Of a DNA stretch of 64,000 bases, positions 1 through 9,309 are shown piece after piece (the first letter of the stretch is position 1; every line of letters begins with the position of its first letter). The stretch is from Homoserinimonas sp. (GTDB lineage Bacteria; Actinomycetota; Actinomycetes; Actinomycetales; Microbacteriaceae). Position numbers and translations under genes: made by a program. The notes under the pieces are model-generated. The model saw only the letters and a list, made by a program, of their open reading frames with translations, was not told the origin of the DNA and made no database searches. The DNA lies in the NCBI GenBank assembly GCA_040904805.1, contig JBBDSS010000004.1, forward strand, positions 2,481 through 66,480, given 5' to 3'.

Positions 1-945
1 GTCGCGGCCACCGCGACCCTCGCCCTTGCCCTCACTGGTTGCAGCGCAGCGGATGCCGGACCAGGGTCATCCGACGATAAGGGCTCTGTCGCCATGAGCT
101 TCGGCGGCCTGGACATCCAGATCTGGGTGGACATGCTCAGCTATATGGAGCCGATCATCGAAGACGCCGGCTACGAGCTGATCACCGACGACCCGAAGTG
201 GGACATCCAGACCCAGGTTTCCGACTGGGAGACCTGGATTGTGCGCGGCGACGTCAAGGCGATCATGGGCTACCCGGTGCAGTCCGACTCGATGGTGGCG
301 GTCACCCAGCAGGCACAGGACGCCGGCATCCCGGTGGTCGGCTACGCCTCCGAGTGGGAGGGCACCAGCAACAGCGTTGTTCTCGACAACTTCGCCGACG
401 GCAAGATGCTCGGCGAAGAGGCCGTCGCCTGGATGGAGGAGACCTACGGCACCTCCGCCGAGATCCCGGTCGCCCTCCTCGGCTACTGGGACACCGACCT
501 CGGGCGGGAACGGTCGGAGGGCATCCGCGAGGCACTCGATGAGAGCGGCCTGAACCTGGACATCTCCGAGATCCCGGTGGTGAGCCTGGACGACGGATAC
601 GCGGCCGTGCAGAACCAGCTGACCGCGGTGCCTGACACCAAGGTGTGGTTGGCCATGGCATCCGACCCCGCCCTCGGCGCCTACCGTGCGCTGATCGACG
701 CGGGCGTGGACCCGGAGGACCCGGAGGTCATCCTGGCCAGCCACGACGCCACCAATGAGGTGCTCGACATCAACAAGAACGCGGACTCGTTCTACCGCCT
801 CAGCTACATCCTTCCGGCTGAGGAACTGGGCCGCGCCTGCGCCGAGATGCTGATCGCGGCCGCGGAGGGCAACCTCAGCGGGAACAGCACGGTGGAGCCG
901 ACGCGGGTCACCCCGGAGAACGCCGACGAGTTCTACACCAACTAA
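1..945 (+). CDS. sugar ABC transporter substrate-binding lipoprotein (5' end cut by window edge)
   Basis: Frame 1 is open from nt 1 (VAATATLALALTGCSAADAG, lipobox LTGC) and runs into tracked ORF 94..945. The sequence resembles a type-I periplasmic binding protein. The cognate ATPase and permease follow. Confidence 0.8.
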   Translation, partial: VAATATLALALTGCSAADAGPGSSDDKGSVAMSFGGLDIQIWVDMLSYMEPIIEDAGYELITDDPKWDIQTQVSDWETWIVRGDVKAIMGYPVQSDSMVAVTQQAQDAGIPVVGYASEWEGTSNSVVLDNFADGKMLGEEAVAWMEETYGTSAEIPVALLGYWDTDLGRERSEGIREALDESGLNLDISEIPVVSLDDGYAAVQNQLTAVPDTKVWLAMASDPALGAYRALIDAGVDPEDPEVILASHDATNEVLDINKNADSFYRLSYILPAEELGRACAEMLIAAAEGNLSGNSTVEPTRVTPENADEFYTN

Positions 946-966
946 CCGCACCAACAAGGAGACATC

Positions 967-2445
967 GTGGTCTTGCAGGCAGACGTTCCCCGGCTCGAAT
1001 TCAGGGACCTGACCGTCGACTTCGGAGCAACTCGTGCTCTGGACGGCATCTCGGTGAGCTTCCAGCCCGGCGAGATCGTCGGCCTGCTCGGCCACAACGG
1101 TGCAGGCAAGACCACCTTGTTCAACGTGGCAGCAGCGGTGATCAGCGCCAGCGGCGGCAGCTACCTGATGGATGGCACGGAGATTCCCGGCCACACCAAC
1201 CCGGCGATGATCGCCGGGATGGGGATGACGATCATCCACCAGGAGCCCGCCCTGGCGCCGAACCTCAGCGTCTTCGACAACCTGTTCCTGGCCCGCAAGG
1301 TGTCGGGGTCGCGCAAGGATCGGGTGGCGTTGGCGACGGATGCGCTGGAGCGGGTCGGCGCGACGGTGAGTCTCGACCAGCCGGTGGAGACTCTCAGCCT
1401 GGGTGATCGGCAGTTGGTCGACCTGGCTCGCGGCCTGCTCGGCGGCGAGCTGAAGGTGCTGCTGCTCGACGAGCCGACCGCCGCGCTCGGGCTGGCCGAG
1501 ACGAAGGCGCTGCACGACCTGATCCGCGCGTTCGCCGCGGCCGGCACGCTGGTCATCTACGTCTCGCATCGGCTCCCCGACATCCTCGAGGTCTGTGAGC
1601 GCATCGTGGTGCTGCGGGCCGGGCGCCTCGTGGTTGATGACGCGGCGAGCGCGTTCACCCCGCGCAAGCTGGCGGAGGCGCTGGTGCCCGACGTGATGGC
1701 TGACGCTTTCGAGCATCCGCAGGTCGGTGACGAGGTGCTCTCGGTCGCCGCGCCCGCCCCGATCGCTTTTCGCGAGGGAGAGGTGGTCGGACTCTTCGGC
1801 ATGGCCGGTGGTGAACAGTTCACATTGCTGGAGCGGATGTTCGGGCTCCACGATCCGTTCAGGTTCACCCTCGACGGCCGCGAGTTGACCATCTCGTCGC
1901 CGAACGCGGCGATCAGGCACGGTGTCTTGCTGTGTCCGGCTGACCGGGAGAAGGACGGCCTGATCGGTGGGCTCCCCGCCGCGGTCAACGTGTTCCTGCC
2001 CTGGTACGGCGAGCGTGATTCGCGCGGCTGGTGGGTGGACAACAACACCGGCAAGGCCGACTACGAGCTGGCCCGGCGCGAGCTGAACATCCTCGGGCCG
2101 GACGGCACCGAACCGATCGACCAGTTCAGCGGCGGCAACCGGCAGAAGCACTTGCTGGCCCGGTGGATGATCCCCAGGGTGCCGCGCGTGCTGCTGCTCG
2201 CCCAGCCGACCCAGGGTGTCGACGTCGGCGCGAAGGTGGACATCGCCCGGATGGTCAGAAAGCTGGCGCGCACCGGCACCGTGGTGATCATCGCCTCCGC
2301 CGAGTCCGACGAGATCTCGTCAATGTGCGACCGCGCCTACGTCATGCTCGGCGACCGGGCCCAGCTCGTCGAGCGCGGCCCCGACTTCGACGAGTCGCTG
2401 CTGTCGACGCTCCTGCAACTCGCCGCCCACTCCACAGCCGCCTAA
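967..2445 (+). CDS. sugar ABC transporter ATP-binding protein, duplicated ATPase (CUT2 ribose/xylose type)
   Basis: 492 aa. GTG start lies shortly after AAGGAG. Walker A GHNGAGKT, signature LSLGDRQ, Walker B LLLDEPT. Second half has FSGGNRQK and LLLAQPTQGVD. Confidence 0.9.
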   Translation: MVLQADVPRLEFRDLTVDFGATRALDGISVSFQPGEIVGLLGHNGAGKTTLFNVAAAVISASGGSYLMDGTEIPGHTNPAMIAGMGMTIIHQEPALAPNLSVFDNLFLARKVSGSRKDRVALATDALERVGATVSLDQPVETLSLGDRQLVDLARGLLGGELKVLLLDEPTAALGLAETKALHDLIRAFAAAGTLVIYVSHRLPDILEVCERIVVLRAGRLVVDDAASAFTPRKLAEALVPDVMADAFEHPQVGDEVLSVAAPAPIAFREGEVVGLFGMAGGEQFTLLERMFGLHDPFRFTLDGRELTISSPNAAIRHGVLLCPADREKDGLIGGLPAAVNVFLPWYGERDSRGWWVDNNTGKADYELARRELNILGPDGTEPIDQFSGGNRQKHLLARWMIPRVPRVLLLAQPTQGVDVGAKVDIARMVRKLARTGTVVIIASAESDEISSMCDRAYVMLGDRAQLVERGPDFDESLLSTLLQLAAHSTAA

Positions 2446-2475
2446 CGCCGCTCGACCGAAGGAACCCCTCCACCT

Positions 2476-3522
2476 ATGTTCACCACTGGCAAGCTGAAAA
2501 TCTTTCTGGCGCAGAACGGCATCTTCATCGCACTGATCCTGCTGGTCGCCCTGTTCGGGATCATGAACCCGAACTTCCTCTCTCTGGGCAACGCGGAGAA
2601 TATTCTCCTGCAGTCGGTGGAGTTGGGGCTGATCGCCTTGCCGCTGGCGTTCCTGGTGATGACCGGGTCGGTCGACCTCTCGGTCGGCTCCATCGCATCC
2701 GCCGGCGCTGTGACCTCAGGCATGGTGATGGCCAGCACTGGGTCAGCGGTTCTCGGCATCGCGGTGGGTGTCGGCTTCGGCCTGATGGCCGGGGCGATCA
2801 ACGGCTTTCTGGTGTCATTCCTGGGGCTGAACCCGATCGTGGTCACGCTCGGTTTTCTGAGTGTGTGGGGCGGTTTCGCGCTCATGCTGACCGGAGGAAA
2901 GACGGTCACGAGGTCGGACCTTCCGGAGGACTTCCGCGAGTTCGGGTCAGCAACGGTGGGGCCGCTACCGGTGCAGATCATCGCGCTGATCCTGGCGGTC
3001 GCGATCGCCTGGTACCTGCTCAACCGCAACAGTGTCGGGCGCCGGGTGCTGGCGATCGGCGGCAACGGTCGCGCCGCGTTCCTGATGGGCATCAAGGTGA
3101 AGCAGACCCGCTTCTGGTTGTTCGTGGCCAGCGGCCTGTTCAGCTCGATCGCCGGAATGCTGTTGGCGGCGAAGGTGCAGTCGGCCAGCCCGACCCTCGG
3201 CAGCGGGATGGAGTTGCACGCGCTCACCGTCGTGCTGCTGGGTGGCGTCGCGTTCGAGGGCGGCGTCGGTCGCATCAGCGGCGTGATCGCCGGGCTGCTG
3301 TTCTTCCGGGTGCTGCGCAACGGTCTGGTGTTCATGCAGGCGTCGCCGTTCCTGCAGACCATCCTGGTCGGCCTCACCCTGGTGGTCGCCGTCGCCCTGG
3401 ACAGCTCGATTCAGCGGATCGTGAAGAACTCGTGGGCGCAACTGGGCAAGAAGGCCATCGACGAAGACAAACCGGACCAAGACGAGCCCGAAGACTCGTC
3501 CAGGGTTCGACTGACTGTGTGA
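2476..3522 (+). CDS. sugar ABC transporter permease
   Basis: 348 aa and highly hydrophobic with multiple predicted TM segments. Third gene of the SBP-ATPase-permease set. Confidence 0.9.
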   Translation: MFTTGKLKIFLAQNGIFIALILLVALFGIMNPNFLSLGNAENILLQSVELGLIALPLAFLVMTGSVDLSVGSIASAGAVTSGMVMASTGSAVLGIAVGVGFGLMAGAINGFLVSFLGLNPIVVTLGFLSVWGGFALMLTGGKTVTRSDLPEDFREFGSATVGPLPVQIIALILAVAIAWYLLNRNSVGRRVLAIGGNGRAAFLMGIKVKQTRFWLFVASGLFSSIAGMLLAAKVQSASPTLGSGMELHALTVVLLGGVAFEGGVGRISGVIAGLLFFRVLRNGLVFMQASPFLQTILVGLTLVVAVALDSSIQRIVKNSWAQLGKKAIDEDKPDQDEPEDSSRVRLTV

Positions 3523-3564
3523 CGACGAGCTACTTCGTCGGCTGAAACAAGGGGAGAGATACGG

Positions 3565-4689
3565 ATGAGACGCACCGGCTACGTCTGGCACGAACAGTAC
3601 GCATGGCACGACACCGGAACGTATGCCGGGTTGGTGCCGGCAGGCGGAACCACGCAGCCGCACCAGAACTTCGAGTCGCCGGAGTCGAAGACCCGATTCG
3701 CGGGACTGGTCGAGGTCAGCGGGCTCATCAACGACCTGGTGAAGATTCCGGCGCGGTCGGCGACGGAGGAAGACGTGCTGCGCGTTCACACCGCCGAGCA
3801 CCACGACAACATCAAGACGCAGAGTGATGCCGGGGGAGGGGACGCCGGTGACGGTTGGTCGCCGTTCGGTCGTGGCTCTTACGAGATCGCCCTGCTCGCT
3901 GCGGGAGGAACAATTGCCGCAGTGGATGCCGTGCTCACCGGCGAGGTCGACAACGCCTATGCGCTGGTGCGGCCGCCCGGCCATCACGCGGTGCGCGAGA
4001 CCGGGATGGGTTACTGCCTGTTCGCGAACATCGCGATCGCCATCGAGTGGGCGCGCAAGCATCACGGTGTGCAGCGGGTCGCGGTGGTCGACTACGACGT
4101 GCACCACGGCAACGGCACCCAGAGCATCTTCTTCGAAGACCCGGATGTGCTGACGATCTCGATTCACCAGCACCAACTGTTTCCGCAGGACACCGGCCTG
4201 GTCACCGAGCGCGGCTCCGGCGACGGTCACGGCACCAACATCAACGTGTCGCTGGCGGCGGGGGCCGGCAACGAGGCCTACCTGAACGCGATCGACCGGG
4301 TAGTGTCCCCGGCCGTGCGCGCGTTCAAGCCCGAGATCATCATCGTCGCGAGCGGTTTCGACGCCAGCGCGGCTGACCCCCTGGGGCGGATGTCGGTGAC
4401 CGCTTCCGGGTTTAGGGCAATGGCCGAGCGGCTGGTCGACCTGGCGGCGGAGGTCTGTGGAGGCAAGCTGGTGATGTCGCACGAGGGTGGGTACTCGCCG
4501 GTCTACGTGCCGTTCTGCGGGCTGGCCGTGTTGGAGGCGTTGTCGGGCAAGGAGACCGGCGTTGTCGACCCGTTCGCGATCTCCTTCGAGAACTCGCCGA
4601 CGCATCCGCTCACCCCCTGGCAAGACGAGGTAATCGCCCAGGCGGCGGCGCTCGCCGAGGAGCTGCAACTGGTGGTCCGCTCCGACTAG
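3565..4689 (+). CDS. histone deacetylase-family Zn hydrolase (acetoin utilisation / acetylpolyamine amidohydrolase-like)
   Basis: 374 aa with motifs RPPGHHA, DYDVHHGNGTQ and SGFDA. Confidence 0.85.
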   Translation: MRRTGYVWHEQYAWHDTGTYAGLVPAGGTTQPHQNFESPESKTRFAGLVEVSGLINDLVKIPARSATEEDVLRVHTAEHHDNIKTQSDAGGGDAGDGWSPFGRGSYEIALLAAGGTIAAVDAVLTGEVDNAYALVRPPGHHAVRETGMGYCLFANIAIAIEWARKHHGVQRVAVVDYDVHHGNGTQSIFFEDPDVLTISIHQHQLFPQDTGLVTERGSGDGHGTNINVSLAAGAGNEAYLNAIDRVVSPAVRAFKPEIIIVASGFDASAADPLGRMSVTASGFRAMAERLVDLAAEVCGGKLVMSHEGGYSPVYVPFCGLAVLEALSGKETGVVDPFAISFENSPTHPLTPWQDEVIAQAAALAEELQLVVRSD

Positions 4690-4744
4690 CTCCCTTGCTG
4701 GTCGAGTAGCCCGCGAGCGAAGCGAGCAGGCGTATCGAGACCCC
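4689..4744. repeat. REP-like intergenic repeat, copy 1 (inverted relative to copy at 19691)
   Basis: Fills the gap between convergent stop codons. Its reverse complement matches the 44-nt core at 19691-19734 (GGGGTCTCGATACGCC.GCTCGCT.CGCTCGC.GGCTACTCGAC) with 3 mismatches by hand alignment. A CTCGACCAGCAAGGGAGC module follows, related to TTCGACAAGCTCAGGGAGC at 19662 and 24937. Confidence 0.7.
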
Positions 4745-5638
4745 TTACCGAGCATCCGCCCCCAACCGAGCAATCCGCCGCAAAGCGGCCTCCTCCGACG
4801 ACGACGTGCCATCCAGCACCAGCGCGATCCCCCACAGCATCACCCTCGTCGCCGTGACGGCGGGCAGCCAGGTGCGGCGAAGCCCGAGCATCTCCCGGTA
4901 CTGCCGCGGCAGCGAGGCCACCGCTCCGGCGAACAGGATGCGGTAGGCCGGTTTCATGGTTCGAGTCAGCGGCGGGTTGCGGATGAAGCGGACCACGTCG
5001 GCGACCCGCTCATCCGCTTTGAGCTCGCTCCGGAAGGAGTCGAGTCCTTCCCGTAGCTCGAGTTCGCTGTGTGGTGCGTCGGGCACGCCGAGCAGTTCGC
5101 CGGCGGTGGCCCACTCGTCCACGTACTGGTCGGCGCCGCCCGGGATCGGCCCGCCCCAGAGTTGGTGGCAGGCGAGGAAGGAGTCTGCGAACACGAGGTG
5201 CACCCAGCGGAGCAACTCCGGGTCGCTGGCCGCGTAGCTGCGCTCGTTTCCCGCGTTGTCGAGGTAGGTTCCGCGCACGCGGCCGTGGAAGCGCTCGACG
5301 CGTGCGGTTTCGGCGCGGGCGAGGGCGGTGTCTCCGTAGGTGACGGTGACCAGCCATTTGACGGTTCCGGAGAGCCGTCCGAGGGCATCCTCCTGGTAGC
5401 GCGACCAGTCGTGCACTCCCGCCATGGCACCCGGGTGCAGCGCCTGAAGCAGCAGGGAGCGGATGCCGGCGACCATGGTCGGGATCCCACCGTGAACGGC
5501 CCACGCCGCCGAGCCGGGGCCGAAGTACCCGGCATCGTCACCGTGCTCGATCTTGTCCACCCAGGGCGGGCGGCCGTCGTCGTCCCCGGTGAGGGTGCTG
5601 AGCACGTTGGAGCGCCAGCGGTTAGAGAACCCAGCCAT
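4745..5638 (-). CDS. MpaB/DUF2236-family oxygenase-like protein
   Basis: 297-aa ORF with high GC3. The overall sequence resembles the DUF2236 (MpaB/rubber oxygenase-like) family by eye. Confidence 0.6.
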   Translation of the reverse strand: MAGFSNRWRSNVLSTLTGDDDGRPPWVDKIEHGDDAGYFGPGSAAWAVHGGIPTMVAGIRSLLLQALHPGAMAGVHDWSRYQEDALGRLSGTVKWLVTVTYGDTALARAETARVERFHGRVRGTYLDNAGNERSYAASDPELLRWVHLVFADSFLACHQLWGGPIPGGADQYVDEWATAGELLGVPDAPHSELELREGLDSFRSELKADERVADVVRFIRNPPLTRTMKPAYRILFAGAVASLPRQYREMLGLRRTWLPAVTATRVMLWGIALVLDGTSSSEEAALRRIARLGADAR

Positions 5639-5676
5639 GGGTTGAGGCTACGTCCCGTCCCCGAGAAAACGCCCGC

Positions 5677-6501
5677 TCAGCCGCCGAACTTCACCACGCT
5701 CTGCACCGCCGCATGATCCGAGGGCCACCCTTCCTCATGCCGCCGCACGTTGATCCCGGCTTTCAGCACGTCGATCCCCGGGCTGACCAGCACCCAGTCG
5801 ATCCGCTTCCGCTGGTGACGCGGTGGTCGGTAGTTGAGGAATGTCCCCCACACTTCGGTGACGCGCTCCTGCGTCACATCCCAGGCGTCGACGAGGAGGC
5901 CGTGTCCGGTGAGAGCGTCGTAGGGGTCGGTGTCGGCATCCGTGTTGAAGTCGCCGGTCATGATGGTGGGCAGTGGCGAGGCGAGGACGATGCGTCGCAG
6001 ATCCTCGGCGGAGCGCAGTCGTGACGTGCGTGACTTGTGGTCGAGGTGGGTGTTCACCGCCTGGAACTCGACGCCGGTGTCGAGGTCGCGCATGGTGGCG
6101 TCGACGACGATGCGAGGTACGCGGTTGCCCCAGGTGGTGGAGCCGGACACCTCCGGGGTGTCGGAGAGCGCGGTCTGCCGCCATTCGAGCACGCGCAGTC
6201 GGCGGGAGTCGTAGAAGATCGGGCAGCCTTCGCCGCCCATGTTGGCTTCGCGGCCGTGGCCGATGGAGTGGTAGTGCTCGCCGAGTGCCTGGCGCAGGGA
6301 CTGGGCCTGTTCGAACAGTGCTTCCTGCACGCCGATTAGGGAGGGTTGTTCCCTCCTGAGTAGCCGCCTCAGCAGCGGACGCCGGCGCGCCCACCGGTCA
6401 GGGTTGTGCGGCATCAAATGCGGCAACCGCCGACGGATGTTGTAGCTCATCACGTGCAGGCCCGGTGCCTCGATTGGGCCAATCAGTGGGCCATCCGTCA
6501 T
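5677..6501 (-). CDS. endonuclease/exonuclease/phosphatase (EEP) family protein
   Basis: 274 aa. N-terminal VMSYNIRR, GDFN and C-terminal WPSDHAAV are typical of the EEP fold. Confidence 0.8.
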   Translation of the reverse strand: MTDGPLIGPIEAPGLHVMSYNIRRRLPHLMPHNPDRWARRRPLLRRLLRREQPSLIGVQEALFEQAQSLRQALGEHYHSIGHGREANMGGEGCPIFYDSRRLRVLEWRQTALSDTPEVSGSTTWGNRVPRIVVDATMRDLDTGVEFQAVNTHLDHKSRTSRLRSAEDLRRIVLASPLPTIMTGDFNTDADTDPYDALTGHGLLVDAWDVTQERVTEVWGTFLNYRPPRHQRKRIDWVLVSPGIDVLKAGINVRRHEEGWPSDHAAVQSVVKFGG

Positions 6502-6600
6502 GCAGCAAGCCTAGGTTGCTCATCTCGCTGGTTGAGCTTGTCGAAACCCCCTCGCGCAACAATTTCCTTGTTCACGCCTCTGCCGAGGAGAATCCTTCTC

Positions 6601-7032
6601 ATGCGCTACGAAACCACGATGTACCAGGTAGGCAACAACACCGGCATCCCAGTCCCCACCGAAATCCTCGACGCCCTCGGCGGCGGCCGCCGCCCCGCCG
6701 TCACAGTCAAGGTGAACGACTTCGAGTACCGCCGCACGGTCGGCTCGATGAATGGGCAGTTCCTGATCCCGTTCAGCTCCGCTCTCCGGACAGAGTCCGG
6801 CATCGCAGGCGGTGACGCGCTCAGTGTCGATATCGAACTCGACACGGCTCCTCGCACGGCGGAACCGGCGGCTGACCTGGCCGAGGCGATGGATGCTGCA
6901 GGCGTCCACCCGGCGTTCGACGCCCTCAGCCCGTCCCGTCAGAAGGCACACGTCACCTCGGTCGAGTCCGCTAAGACGGAGGAGACGCGTGCCCGCCGGG
7001 TGGCGAAGGTGGTCTCGGATTTAGGCGGTTAG
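6601..7032 (+). CDS. DUF1905 / YdeI-OmpD-associated family protein
   Basis: 143 aa from ATG 6601, with GAGGAG upstream. The tracked start at 6406 would overlap the divergent EEP gene. The sequence MRYETTMYQVGNNTGIPVP...SPSRQKAHVTSVESAKTEETRARR resembles this family. Confidence 0.6.
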   Translation: MRYETTMYQVGNNTGIPVPTEILDALGGGRRPAVTVKVNDFEYRRTVGSMNGQFLIPFSSALRTESGIAGGDALSVDIELDTAPRTAEPAADLAEAMDAAGVHPAFDALSPSRQKAHVTSVESAKTEETRARRVAKVVSDLGG

Positions 7033-7045
7033 TCTCTAGGCTGCA

Positions 7046-7417
7046 ATGGTTGGCGCGTGTCCAGCCGGCATGTGCTTGGAGAAATTCACAAACTCGGGGA
7101 TTATCGGGTCCATGCCCGAAAACGCAACGAAGCCGCTATCGCTGAGAGATGACCCCTTTCTAGGAGCTCGTCTTTCCCTTCCTGGTGTAACGCGTTACAT
7201 CAAGTTGCGACGCGCTCGAAGGCTTGCAGTAGCCGGCGCTCTCTTGGCGCTGGCGTCGTTGACCGTTAGCTATGCGATCGGTCTCAATTTGGTCGGTGCG
7301 CTCTCGGGAGCCGTACTCCTGGTGCTGGGTCTAACTGCCACGGTGGCGTACAGCATGGAAGTGCTTGCCACTCCTGCCGTCAGTATTCCAGGTGAGCGAA
7401 TCGCGGACCCATTCTGA
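7046..7417 (+). CDS. hypothetical membrane protein (about 2 TM)
   Basis: 123-aa ORF with an alternative in-frame ATG at 7112. Hydrophobic stretch LAVAGALLALASLTVSYAIGLNLVGALSGAVLLVLGLTATVAY. Its stop overlaps the next ATG (TGATG at 7415-7419). Confidence 0.45.
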   Translation: MVGACPAGMCLEKFTNSGIIGSMPENATKPLSLRDDPFLGARLSLPGVTRYIKLRRARRLAVAGALLALASLTVSYAIGLNLVGALSGAVLLVLGLTATVAYSMEVLATPAVSIPGERIADPF

Positions 7418-8013
7418 TGTTATTTGCGTCGATAGTTTCCAGCACGTTTCTCGCTACGATCGCCGTGATTATCCTGTGGGGGGCATTTCGTGACAGCAAG
7501 CGGCTCGCAGAGGGAAGGAAATTCCTCGCGAAAAGAAACACCCCTGGGAACGATGGATTCCTAGGATTCTTTTCACCTGAGGAGCTCAGGGGCCTCGAGG
7601 AGAACCGCAACAAGTGGATCGACAAACAACTGCCGGACCCTCGAGATGGCGTGATCTCGCGTGATCTCGCACGTGTGTATTGGAGGATCGCGACGCACAA
7701 AGCTGAGACAAGCGACATGCTGGCTGAGGTAGTCATCGTGGTTGCATCGGTGACACTCGGCATCGTGGGCGGGAACCTCTGGATCGCATTGAGTTCAGCC
7801 GGGTTCCAATTGGCAGAGTGGATTGCCTTGCCTGCGATTGTATTCACCCTTGTACTAGTGGTGCTTGCCTATGGGGTGTCGTCGAAGGTCGCCGCTAGCC
7901 GTCGATGGCAGGAAGCAATCCGCTTGTATGCCCGGCTGGGCTGGCCGGAGGAGAAAACCGTCGTGAACGTACCCAAACGAAACGGTTTCCGGCTCAACTG
8001 GTTTTCTCGGTGA
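7417..8013 (+). CDS. hypothetical membrane protein (N-terminal TM, soluble middle, C-terminal TM bundle)
   Basis: 198-aa ORF translationally coupled to 7046..7417. Island-type codon usage. No family recognised. Confidence 0.5.
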   Translation: MLFASIVSSTFLATIAVIILWGAFRDSKRLAEGRKFLAKRNTPGNDGFLGFFSPEELRGLEENRNKWIDKQLPDPRDGVISRDLARVYWRIATHKAETSDMLAEVVIVVASVTLGIVGGNLWIALSSAGFQLAEWIALPAIVFTLVLVVLAYGVSSKVAASRRWQEAIRLYARLGWPEEKTVVNVPKRNGFRLNWFSR

Positions 8014-8029
8014 CTAGGGTGTTGCCCTG

Positions 8030-8905
8030 CTAGACCCGCAAGGGCGCCCACATTCTGCGGTGGTACTTCGCATTGGACACATCAATTTGATGGCCTTTCG
8101 CAAAACTGAGCTCAGTGAACGGCTTGTAGTCGATGGTCCGAGCGACGCTGAGGTCGTCGAGGATGACCATTCCGCCAATGTCGAGCTGCGTGTGGTGGTT
8201 CGGGCAAAGGCACAGAATATTGTCTAACTTGTCAGCGCCGAGATGGGGAGTTCCTAGGGGCTTTACATGTGCGCCTTCCGAGTACAGTCGCTCGCCTATC
8301 CCGGGGATGCTTGATCCACAGACCTGGCACTTGTTCGAGTACATCGATTTCACACGTCGAGACAGGGCGGTATCGCGGAGTCTTCGGATGACAACGCTGC
8401 TTGCATATGCGGGATCTGATTCGGCGGGAACATTGGCAACGAAAGGCTCTTGCTCGGAGACGCGCTCCAGCGTGTAACGCATGAGCGTGAAGCCGTCTGG
8501 GTTTTGTTGGTGCCAGTAGCTCGTCACAAGGTAAAGGCCGGCGTATCGGTACCCTACAGGAGGGGCATACGGTGAGGGCAACTTACTACCGCGGATCACC
8601 CGGACTGGCAAACCTCGGACGAAGCTTGTCGCCAGTGCCGCGTTGCCTCGAGCGGAGGGATCCTGGTCCGCCACCTGCTTCTTTCCGGGCCCCTGTCCTC
8701 CATGCCCCGTGTAGAGAATGTAGTCGCCGTGGTCTTCATCGTCTGGGTAGCCACCCGAAAGGACTATGGCGTCGGCACCCTCATGGGGAGTGCCAGCAAT
8801 CCCGGCTTGTCCTTGGTTGTGGAGTTTGGCGTGACGGAGTTGATCGCGGCTCTCGAAGAGCTCGCCTACCTTGACGCCGTCCGGGGTGCCGAAGAACCGA
8901 ACCAT
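8030..8905 (-). CDS. SRA(YDG)-HNH type IV methylcytosine-dependent restriction endonuclease
   Basis: 291 aa. SRA-like motifs YTGHGGQG, VRVIRG and YRYAGLYLV. C-terminal HNH motif CQVCGSS...HVKPLG...CLCPNHHTQLD. Confidence 0.8.
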   Translation of the reverse strand: MVRFFGTPDGVKVGELFESRDQLRHAKLHNQGQAGIAGTPHEGADAIVLSGGYPDDEDHGDYILYTGHGGQGPGKKQVADQDPSARGNAALATSFVRGLPVRVIRGSKLPSPYAPPVGYRYAGLYLVTSYWHQQNPDGFTLMRYTLERVSEQEPFVANVPAESDPAYASSVVIRRLRDTALSRRVKSMYSNKCQVCGSSIPGIGERLYSEGAHVKPLGTPHLGADKLDNILCLCPNHHTQLDIGGMVILDDLSVARTIDYKPFTELSFAKGHQIDVSNAKYHRRMWAPLRV

Positions 8906-9138
8906 CAGCGTCGCCCTGTGCGTCCGTAGTCGCTTTGATCGAGCGGCTCACTATTTTGCCAGATTGCTGACGCTCGGTTGAGTTCGAGCCACCGGTAGTG
9001 GTCGCGAAGACCCCGACTCACCCCAACGCGAATGATCCCGTACAGGACTAGAAGCCCGACGATCGCGCCAAGCAGTGGGAGCAACACGGCGTAGAGCGCT
9101 GCGACCCATACCAACTCCGTGTCCATGTTGAGGATCAT
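8905..9138 (-). CDS. small single-pass membrane protein, coupled to the SRA-HNH gene
   Basis: 77 aa with TM segment LVWVAALYAVLLPLLGAIVGLLVLYGII. Its stop and the SRA-HNH start share TGATG (complement of 8903-8907). Confidence 0.5.
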   Translation of the reverse strand: MILNMDTELVWVAALYAVLLPLLGAIVGLLVLYGIIRVGVSRGLRDHYRWLELNRASAIWQNSEPLDQSDYGRTGRR

Positions 9139-9309
9139 TTCAGTGATTGGCTTGGACGGCTATCTTTTTCGAGAAGATCAGGGCAATCCGCCCCGATGTG
9201 GGGTCGTCCCAGGGAGGTGCTTCGCGGATGCTTCGCTAATCTGCCTCGGGTCTTGAGTCGGCCACACCAGGAGTGTCAGACGATGGTGCTAGTTCTGGTG
9301 TTGGGTGCC

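Noticed and set aside
67-2151. 694-aa minus-strand ORF, and similar long antisense ORFs (2965..4812, 29798..31318, 31463..32857, 48910..51591, 52641..54581, 51808..52860)
   Set aside because: These are typical shadow ORFs of a high-GC genome. They lie antisense to genes with clear family motifs. Their products are Arg/Gly/Pro/Ala-rich, low-complexity, and match no recognisable motif.
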